Below are positions 7,842-15,136 of a stretch of DNA of 16,980 bases, one piece after another. The position numbers and the translations under genes are program-made. Below the pieces are notes generated by a model. The model was given only the letters and a program-made list of their open reading frames with translations. It made no database searches and was not told the DNA's origin. This DNA comes from a bacterium (lineage in GTDB: Bacteria > Zhuqueibacterota > Zhuqueibacteria > Oceanimicrobiales > Oceanimicrobiaceae). Within the stretch, counting starts at the first letter, position 1. Every line of letters begins with the position of its first letter. The stretch spans positions 1-16,980 of the forward strand of contig JBHIAC010000067.1 of assembly GCA_046758365.1 (NCBI GenBank), written 5' to 3'.

Positions 7842-8258
7842 GTGGAAAAAATAACTGAAAAAGTAATAATAAAAAATTTTGGTGATATTCTAAAAGCCTC
7901 TGAAGGTACGATTCAAGAGGATGCAATAAGAACAGTAAAAATAGAAGCAATAGTAGATACAGGTGCCGCATTTTTATGTTTGCCACAAGAGGTTATTACT
8001 AAACTGGGTTTGATGTATTCACATTCAAGAAATGTGATTACAGCTAATGGCGAAGCAAAAAGAAGAATTTTTGCAGGAGCAGTTATTAATATTCAAGGAC
8101 GAGAAACTCAAATGTCAGTAATAGAAAATGATGAGATGACTCCAGCGCTAATTGGCTATTTAGTGTTAGAAGATTTAGATTTAGTCGTTTCTACAAAATC
8201 TCAGAAAGTAATACCAAATCCAGAACACGATGGCAAATGGATTGTAGAGTTGTATTAG
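7842..8258 (+). CDS. Clan AA (retropepsin-like) single-domain aspartic protease
   Basis: AIVDTGA catalytic motif (Asp codon at 7956), flap-like VITANG and ALIG motif. 138 aa. GTG start after AAGGGA. Confidence 0.85.
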   Translation: MEKITEKVIIKNFGDILKASEGTIQEDAIRTVKIEAIVDTGAAFLCLPQEVITKLGLMYSHSRNVITANGEAKRRIFAGAVINIQGRETQMSVIENDEMTPALIGYLVLEDLDLVVSTKSQKVIPNPEHDGKWIVELY

Positions 8259-8346
8259 ATTATTTTCTAAGCAGGAGGTTTCGGTGTACCGGTAAAAGTT
8301 GCCAATGCTCCTTGAGTAAGATTTTTTAAGGTTAGCTTTTTAGGCC

Positions 8347-9054
8347 ATGAATGAACCAGAAAATGAATTAAGAACAGGCACCTTATATGTTGTTAGTACA
8401 CCTATTGGTAATTTAAAAGACATTACCATTCGAGCTATTGAAGTTCTTTCACAAGTTGATTTAATTGCTGCTGAAGACACGCGATACACACGGATACTCT
8501 TGGAGCATTATAACATTAAAACCCCGACCACCAGTTATCACGATTTTAATAAAGAGAAAAAGATACCGTATCTACTTAAGAGGTTTAAAAACGGTGAAAA
8601 GATTGCGGTTGTTTCGGACGCTGGTACGCCTGGGATTTCAGATCCAGCTTTCAGATTGATTCGTGAATGTATTAAAAACCATGTATCTATTGAAACAATT
8701 CCCGGAGCAACCGCCTTTGTACCGGCCCTAATTTTGTCGGGGCTTCCAACAGATAGATTTACATTTGAAGGATTTCTGCCGAATAAAAAGGGACGTAGAA
8801 AACGATTAGAAGGATTAAAAAACGAAACAAGAACGCTTATTTTTTACGAATCGCCACATCGTCTTTTAAGAACACTTGAAGACCTAGAATCATTTTTTGG
8901 AAATCGACAGGCAGCAATCATTCGGGAAATAACAAAAAAATTTGAAGAGGTACACCGGGGGACTCTTTGCAATTTAATATCGAAACTTTCGCAGATAAAT
9001 TTAAAAGGGGAGTTTGTTTTAGTTATTGAAGGGAAAGTAAAGAGGAGATCATAA
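8347..9054 (+). CDS. rsmI: 16S rRNA (cytidine(1402)-2'-O)-methyltransferase
   Basis: LYVVSTPIGNLKDITIRA, AAEDTR, VSDAGTPGISDP, FEGFLP, FYESPHR, REITKKFEE and KGEFVLV. Confidence 0.95.
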   Translation: MNEPENELRTGTLYVVSTPIGNLKDITIRAIEVLSQVDLIAAEDTRYTRILLEHYNIKTPTTSYHDFNKEKKIPYLLKRFKNGEKIAVVSDAGTPGISDPAFRLIRECIKNHVSIETIPGATAFVPALILSGLPTDRFTFEGFLPNKKGRRKRLEGLKNETRTLIFYESPHRLLRTLEDLESFFGNRQAAIIREITKKFEEVHRGTLCNLISKLSQINLKGEFVLVIEGKVKRRS

Positions 9055-9055
9055 T

Positions 9056-9724
9056 TTGGCTCCATTTAATATTTTTAAGTTAAAAATTAACGTTCTGCCG
9101 GATGGAATAAAAAATTGGTATCTAAGACTAATAAATCCTGTTATTGAATTCTTTATAAGTTTAGAACTCAATCCAAATTTTTTCACCACCATAGGGTTTA
9201 TTCTAACTCTTGGTGCAGCCGTTTTGTTTGCTACTGGCTATTTACGGATTGCAGGAGCCATCATTTTATTGGCTGGGACTTTTGATATTATCGACGGTAA
9301 AGTCGCTCGGGCAACCAATCGGGTAACTAAATTTGGCGCCCTATATGACTCCACGTTAGATCGGTACGCTGAAGTTATCATGTTTTTCGGCCTGGCGTAT
9401 TATTTTGTTAAAGAAGATTGGTTTATTACTTCCATAGCGGTTTCCATTGCCTTAGGCGGATCAATTATGGTGAGCTATATAAGAGCGCGGGCCGAAGCTT
9501 TGGGGTTTAAGTGTAAAGTTGGAATCATGCAACGCCCTGAACGTGTGGTTTATATCGGTTTTGGTGCAATTTTTCATATTTACACGCTCATTCTTGCAAT
9601 TATGCTTATTGCAGTTTTTGCCAACGTTACTGCCATTCAAAGGGTTTATCATATTTGGGTGGCAGAAAACGGTAAAAAAAGAGAAAAACTAAGTCAAGCT
9701 GAGCTGGATATGATAGGAGATTAA
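9056..9724 (+). CDS. CDP-alcohol phosphatidyltransferase, probably phosphatidylinositol(-phosphate) synthase
   Basis: Signature DIIDGKVAR...GALYDSTLDRY, plus PNFFT, SYIRARAE, GIMQRPER and TAIQR. About 6 hydrophobic segments. SD GAGGAG before TTG. Adjacent to ino1. Confidence 0.9.
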   Translation: MAPFNIFKLKINVLPDGIKNWYLRLINPVIEFFISLELNPNFFTTIGFILTLGAAVLFATGYLRIAGAIILLAGTFDIIDGKVARATNRVTKFGALYDSTLDRYAEVIMFFGLAYYFVKEDWFITSIAVSIALGGSIMVSYIRARAEALGFKCKVGIMQRPERVVYIGFGAIFHIYTLILAIMLIAVFANVTAIQRVYHIWVAENGKKREKLSQAELDMIGD

Positions 9725-9731
9725 TAATAAT

Positions 9732-9766
9732 AAAATTGCAAAATGAAAAATACAAAATGTAAATTG
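9732..9766 (+). repeat. Imperfect 7-bp tandem repeat, 5 copies
   Basis: AAAATTG CAAAATG AAAAATA CAAAATG TAAATTG, with a further CAAAATG at 9772-9778. Confidence 0.5.
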
Positions 9767-9854
9767 GTCAACAAAATGTCAAAAAAATGGTACACTAACT
9801 TTTTTCTAACTATGAAGAATATTTTAATTTTTACAAAAAATTAGGAGGGAAGTT

Positions 9855-11171
9855 GTGGAAAGTAAAGAGATTAAAATCGAGGAACCCAAGGGCAAGTTAG
9901 GTGTTTTGCTGCCTGGTTTAGGGGCTGTAAGTACTACATTTATTGCAGGTGTAGAAGCGGTTCGAAAGGGTATTGCACAGCCTATTGGTTCAGTGACTCA
10001 AATGGGGACTATTCGTTTAGGAAAAAGAACAGAAAACCGAGTTCCAAAGGTAAAAGATTTTGTACCTTTAGCAGATTTAAACGACTTAGTCTTTGGTGGT
10101 TGGGATATTTACCGAGAAAATTGTTATGAAGCTGCCCTGCATGCAGGAGTGTTGGAAAAATCTCTGTTGGATCAGGTCAAGCCTGAATTGGAAGCAATTT
10201 TACCTTGGAGAGCTGTTTTTGATCAAAAATATGTCAAAATGCTTACCGGTGAGAATGTAAAATCAGGAGAAACCAAATGGGATCTCGCAGAACATATTAG
10301 GGAGGATATCCAAAACTTTAAACGTTTACATAATTTGACTAGAATGGTAATGGTTTGGTGTGGTAGTACCGAGGTTTTTATGAATCAAGAGTCAGTACAC
10401 AAAGATTTGGTAAGTTTTGAAAGAGCCATGAAAGAAAACCATCCGGCTATTGCCCCCAGCATGATTTATGCTTATGCTGCTATTGCAGAAGGGATTCCTT
10501 ATGCAAATGGTGCGCCAAACCTTACAGTAGATATTCCAGCCATGATCGAATTTGCCAAAATGAAAGGGGTTCCTATTGGAGGTAAAGATTTCAAAACAGG
10601 CCAAACTTTAATAAAAACTATATTAGCGCCTGGACTAAAAGCGCGGTACTTAGGACTTTCAGGCTGGTTTTCTACTAACATTTTAGGTAACCGTGACGGC
10701 GAAGTTCTGGATGATCCTGAATCCTTCAAAACAAAAGAGAAGAGCAAACTTGGTGTGCTAGAATACATACTTCAACCAAATGTTTATCCTGAGCTTTATG
10801 GCGATATATATCATAAAGTAAGAATAAATTATTATCCACCGAGAGGAGACAATAAAGAAGGTTGGGACAATATTGATATTTTTGGATGGTTGGGATATCC
10901 TATGCAGATTAAAATAGATTTTCTCTGTCGAGATAGCATCTTGGCAGCTCCAATAGTATTAGATTTGGTTTTATTTTTGGATTTAGCCGCCCGAAGTGGT
11001 ATGAAAGGCATCCAAGAATGGTTATCCTTTTATTTCAAAAGTCCCATGTCTGCAGAAGGATTATATCCTGAGCATGATCTTTTTATTCAATTGATGAAAC
11101 TAAAAAATACGCTTAGATATTTGAAGGGCGAGGAACTCATCACCCACTTAGGTTTAGAATACTACGATTAA
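9855..11171 (+). CDS. ino1: Inositol-3-phosphate synthase (myo-inositol-1-phosphate synthase)
   Basis: GLGAVSTT, FGGWDI, WCGSTE, NGAPN, GKDFKTGQT, NILGNRDG, YYPPRGDNKE, CRDSILAAP and SFYFKSP. SD AGGAGG before GTG. Confidence 0.95.
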   Translation: MESKEIKIEEPKGKLGVLLPGLGAVSTTFIAGVEAVRKGIAQPIGSVTQMGTIRLGKRTENRVPKVKDFVPLADLNDLVFGGWDIYRENCYEAALHAGVLEKSLLDQVKPELEAILPWRAVFDQKYVKMLTGENVKSGETKWDLAEHIREDIQNFKRLHNLTRMVMVWCGSTEVFMNQESVHKDLVSFERAMKENHPAIAPSMIYAYAAIAEGIPYANGAPNLTVDIPAMIEFAKMKGVPIGGKDFKTGQTLIKTILAPGLKARYLGLSGWFSTNILGNRDGEVLDDPESFKTKEKSKLGVLEYILQPNVYPELYGDIYHKVRINYYPPRGDNKEGWDNIDIFGWLGYPMQIKIDFLCRDSILAAPIVLDLVLFLDLAARSGMKGIQEWLSFYFKSPMSAEGLYPEHDLFIQLMKLKNTLRYLKGEELITHLGLEYYD

Positions 11172-11255
11172 TAAATTAAATTTAAGGCGGTGGTTTTCGA
11201 TATAAAGTAAAAATATTTAAATACAGGATTATTTTATAGCAGGATAGAATAAGAT

Positions 11256-12593
11256 TTGACGGATAACTCTCACCTTAAGAGTGTACTGAAAACCTCCTTA
11301 CCGGCGGTGATAGATCTCTCATCGCAAACTTTTATGTGGACTATTGAAGCCATTCTCATAGGCAAAATAAGTGCAGCCGCATTTGGAGGTGTGGGAATGG
11401 CAGTGCAAGTTATTATAGTCGTTTTAACTGTTCTTTTGACATTTATCGTTGGAAGCTCTATCATTATTAACCGATATTTAGGCGCTAATAATCATTGGGA
11501 AGCGAACCACATCTTAGGCCAAGCCTTGATGCTGGGCATCATCATGGCTGTATTAATTGCCATTGTTTGGTATTTTGGCGCAACGAATATTTTTAAATTA
11601 ATAAAAGAAGGTGGTTCAGAGGCACAAGAAGCAGGAATAGTATATCTAAGAACGGTGGCCCTTTTTGCGCCATTAGTTCTCACCAATTTTGTCGCTTTGG
11701 GTATTGTTCGAGGAGCAGGAGATACTCGCCAGGCGATGACCATTAATCTTTCAGTTAACTCGCTGAATTTGATTTTAGCTCCTATCTTTATATTCGGGTT
11801 GTTCGGTTTTCCCCGGTTGGAAGTCCGAGGAGCCGCTTTGGCAATGGGTACAGCTCATTCCTGTGGATTTTGTGCTACGCTTTATTTGTTACGAAGTCGT
11901 AAGTCTGTTCTTTTTCTTTCTTTCAGAGAACTAACAACGCCAAATTTTAAGACCTTTAAACGATTGTTTAATGCAGGCGTTCCAACAACCATTGAACAAT
12001 TGGTCTGGGCTTTTGGTCAATTGGTAGTGACCAGCTATGCGGCTGTTATGGGGATAACCGTACTGGCTGCCCATCAGGTCTTTTTAAGAATTCAAGCAAT
12101 TTTGTCCATGTTTTATATGGGATTCGCTTTAGGCGCTATGACTCTAATGGGTAAAAATTTGGGTGCAGAACAAAGACAAGTGGCTGAAAAAACTGCTCAA
12201 ACGGCCAGTTGGGTAGTTTCTGTTTTTTCTTTTGTCGTTTTTCTATTGATGGTAATTTTGTCAAAACAGTTGATCACCCTCTTTACTTCTGATCCAGAAG
12301 TAGTGCGATTGGGAGCCGTGGTAATCATTGTCTTTGCTCTTGTTCAAATACCCAAAGCCATAGACGGAGTTTTGATGGGCAACTTACGGGGCGCTGGCGA
12401 TTTAAAATGGCTCATGTGGCTCACTATCGCAAGTGTTTTATTTTTAGAAATTGGACTAAATTGGGTTTTGGTGTTTATTTTTAAATTTTCTCTTATGGCT
12501 TTGTGGTTAGTCCACTTAGGAGACGAAACAATAAGGTCTGTAATAAATTACCGGCGCTTTAAAGGTGGAAAATGGAAAATTATCGACCTTTAA
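11256..12593 (+). CDS. MATE family (MOP superfamily) transporter
   Basis: 445 aa with about 12 hydrophobic segments, duplicated RGAGD motifs (VRGAGDT, LRGAGDL), LFGFPRLEVRGAALA and C-terminal RFKGGKWK. TTG start is uncertain. Confidence 0.92.
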   Translation: MTDNSHLKSVLKTSLPAVIDLSSQTFMWTIEAILIGKISAAAFGGVGMAVQVIIVVLTVLLTFIVGSSIIINRYLGANNHWEANHILGQALMLGIIMAVLIAIVWYFGATNIFKLIKEGGSEAQEAGIVYLRTVALFAPLVLTNFVALGIVRGAGDTRQAMTINLSVNSLNLILAPIFIFGLFGFPRLEVRGAALAMGTAHSCGFCATLYLLRSRKSVLFLSFRELTTPNFKTFKRLFNAGVPTTIEQLVWAFGQLVVTSYAAVMGITVLAAHQVFLRIQAILSMFYMGFALGAMTLMGKNLGAEQRQVAEKTAQTASWVVSVFSFVVFLLMVILSKQLITLFTSDPEVVRLGAVVIIVFALVQIPKAIDGVLMGNLRGAGDLKWLMWLTIASVLFLEIGLNWVLVFIFKFSLMALWLVHLGDETIRSVINYRRFKGGKWKIIDL

Positions 12594-12621
12594 TTCCAAA
12601 ATTATTTTTCATGAGACAGAT

Positions 12622-13248
12622 GTGAAAGGCTATATAATTACTTTTGAAGGTATTGATTTTGCAGGAAAGACGGTTCAGGCCAATTTATTAAAAGAAAGAT
12701 TAATGGCCGAAGGATTACCCATTCTTTTTCTTCGAGAACCTGGTGGAACGGAAATATCTGAGAAGGTACGAAAGGTTTTATTAGATACAAAACATAATAA
12801 AATGATTGCCGCAACTGAAGTTTTGCTATATGCCGCGGCACGGGCACAATTAGTAGCCGAAATGGTTATTCCACATCTAAAAAGCGGCGGTATTGTTATC
12901 TGTGATCGTTTTTATGATTCCACCACCGCTTATCAGGGATATGCAAGACAGCTCAATTTGGAATTCATACTTAGTTTAAATGAATTTGTAACTCAGGGGA
13001 TTAAACCAAATTTGACTTTTCTGATAGATTTAGAACCTGAGAAGGCTTTAGAAAGAAAAAACTTAACCGGCACAATTATAGATCGTTTGGAACAAGAAGA
13101 TTTGAAGTTTCATCAAAGAGTAAGAGAAGGTTATTTAAATATCGCGCGCCGGGAACCTAATAGATTTATTATCATAAGTGGAGATAGACCAATAAATTTA
13201 ATACAAAAAGAAATTTATAAACTTACACAATCAAGATTAAAAATTTGA
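12622..13248 (+). CDS. tmk: Thymidylate (dTMP) kinase
   Basis: ITFEGIDFAGKT P-loop, REPGGT, LLYAAARAQ, CDRFYDSTTAYQG and DRLEQE. GTG 12622 gives a typical N-terminus and avoids overlapping the MATE gene. Confidence 0.94.
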   Translation: MKGYIITFEGIDFAGKTVQANLLKERLMAEGLPILFLREPGGTEISEKVRKVLLDTKHNKMIAATEVLLYAAARAQLVAEMVIPHLKSGGIVICDRFYDSTTAYQGYARQLNLEFILSLNEFVTQGIKPNLTFLIDLEPEKALERKNLTGTIIDRLEQEDLKFHQRVREGYLNIARREPNRFIIISGDRPINLIQKEIYKLTQSRLKI

Positions 13249-13298
13249 TCCATGATATAGACATAACTGGAGTATTAATAATTTTATGGAGGTATTTT

Positions 13299-15062
13299 AT
13301 GTCGACTAAAAAGCAAATCTCAGCCATTATCATTTTGATTATTGGGTTAGTCACCATCGGTGGCTGGGTCACTAGTTGGGTATCTGCGTATAGTCCCGAC
13401 TACTATCACCAAATCCAGAAAAATATTGAAGTCTTTGGTCGTGTTTATCAAGAAATTTCAAAAAAATATGTAGAGGAAGTCGACCCTACAAAATTTATGC
13501 GAGCAGGCCTCGAAGGAATGCTCTCCACTTTAGACCCTTATACCGTATTAATTGAAAAGGATGATAATACTGAGCTTCAGATTATGTCTTCGGGTAAATA
13601 TGGTGGATTGGGAATGCGCATTGGGATGCGAGGCGGTTGGCCAACTGTCGTAGAGCCTCCTTTTGATGGTACCCCGGCTCTTAGAGCAGGTATTCGTGAA
13701 GGTGATAAAATTATTGAAGTAGATGGCAAAAACAGCAAAGGAATGAGCATTACAGGTGTTGCCAATCTACTTCGAGGAGAAATTGGGAGCGAGGTTTTTC
13801 TAAAAATTGCTCGAGAAGGTGAGGATGAACCTATCGAATTTCGTTTGATTCGGGCTGAAATTATTATTACGGATGTCGCTTATGCAGGCTTCATAAAAGA
13901 TGAAATCGGTTATATTCGATTGAGTCATTTTTCTCGACATGCAGGCAAAGACATCGGAAAAGCTATTCGTAAATTGAAAAAAGATAATCTTAAATCTCTC
14001 ATTTTAGATCTCCGCTCTAATCCAGGAGGTCTGTTGGAAGCGGCTGTTAATGTATGTGAAAATTTTATACCGAAAGGAAAGTTAATTGTTTCTACGCAGG
14101 GTAGGTCGCAGGGTTCTTTGCAAGAGTATTTTTCAGAGAAAACTCCTATTTTGGAAGATATGCCGTTGGTAATATTGGTTAACAGATTAAGTGCGTCTGC
14201 CTCAGAGATTGTAGCTGGAGCCTTACAAGATTTGGATAGAGGAGTGATAATCGGGACCAATACTTTTGGAAAAGGATTAGTACAAACGGTAATACCCATT
14301 TCTGGAGATATTGCTTTGAAAATTACAACCGCTAGATATTTAGTACCTAGTGGACGCTCTATTCAAGATGCAAAACGATTTTTAAAAAATCCTGAAGATA
14401 TTTTACTACTCTCAGGCGACCATGAGCAATTTGTTCACCCTGAAATAATTAATAAAGAACGTTCTGATAATTCATCAGCAGAAGTAGAGAAAAAAAAACA
14501 GCAAAAAAAGGTTTTTTATACAGCAAATGGAAGGAAAGTTTACGGCGGCAGCGGGATAACGCCAGATATTATTGTTCAAAATGAAAACCTGAATCGGTTT
14601 GAAATTGAATTACTCCGTAAAACCATGCCGTTTCAATTCGCAGTTATATATGCAGCTAAACATCCTGATTTACAACGTGGATTTGAAGTTTCCGAAAAGA
14701 TGCTGAATGAATTTGATAATTTCTTAAAAGATAAAGGTTTTGAGTACACATCAGAGGCAGAAGTTGCTTTACAGAATTTAGAAGAGATTGCGGAACAGAG
14801 CGATTATCTTGCATCCATTTCTCCTAAAATCGATGAACTCCGTTCAATTATTATAGGCCAAAAAATTAAGAAAATTGAACGAAGTGAAGAATTTATTAAA
14901 CAGGAACTGAAACAAGAAATTTCAGCAAAATTATGGGGAACACGCGCTGAAGTGGAAGCAAGCTTTGATGATGATGTGGTGATTAAAAGAGCTGTAGAAG
15001 TACTTTCTAATTTAGATGAATATTATTCTCTGTTAAAAGCTGAAGAGTCTAAAAAAAAGTAG
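13299..15062 (+). CDS. S41 family carboxy-terminal processing protease (CtpA/Prc-like)
   Basis: N-terminal signal/TM segment, LDPYT, PDZ domain (GGLGM...PALRAGIREGD), LDLRSNPGG, SASASEI (catalytic Ser), TFGKG (catalytic Lys) and GITPD. SD GGAGG at 13288-13292 supports ATG 13299. Confidence 0.93.
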   Translation: MSTKKQISAIIILIIGLVTIGGWVTSWVSAYSPDYYHQIQKNIEVFGRVYQEISKKYVEEVDPTKFMRAGLEGMLSTLDPYTVLIEKDDNTELQIMSSGKYGGLGMRIGMRGGWPTVVEPPFDGTPALRAGIREGDKIIEVDGKNSKGMSITGVANLLRGEIGSEVFLKIAREGEDEPIEFRLIRAEIIITDVAYAGFIKDEIGYIRLSHFSRHAGKDIGKAIRKLKKDNLKSLILDLRSNPGGLLEAAVNVCENFIPKGKLIVSTQGRSQGSLQEYFSEKTPILEDMPLVILVNRLSASASEIVAGALQDLDRGVIIGTNTFGKGLVQTVIPISGDIALKITTARYLVPSGRSIQDAKRFLKNPEDILLLSGDHEQFVHPEIINKERSDNSSAEVEKKKQQKKVFYTANGRKVYGGSGITPDIIVQNENLNRFEIELLRKTMPFQFAVIYAAKHPDLQRGFEVSEKMLNEFDNFLKDKGFEYTSEAEVALQNLEEIAEQSDYLASISPKIDELRSIIIGQKIKKIERSEEFIKQELKQEISAKLWGTRAEVEASFDDDVVIKRAVEVLSNLDEYYSLLKAEESKKK

Positions 15063-15136
15063 TAGTCTGATTTAAATATGGAATAAAAACAATAGAACAT
15101 TTATCAACACTATGTCGAAATGTGAAGGAGAGCTCT

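Noticed and set aside
12643..12672. Tmk P-loop with Phe (GIDFAGKT) instead of the usual Gly
   Set aside because: GxxxxGKT is intact and all other motifs are normal, so this is likely a tolerated variant.
12565..13298. Longer ORF-track starts for tmk (12565) and the S41 protease (13245)
   Set aside because: Downstream starts at 12622 and 13299 fit family N-termini better, and 13299 has a clear SD.
14400..14510. ILLLSGDH in the S41 protease resembling the GlgC ILSGDH motif, followed by a Lys-rich A-run segment
   Set aside because: A short coincidental match in a variable loop. The frame stays open through the A-runs, so there is no sign of frameshift or domain capture.
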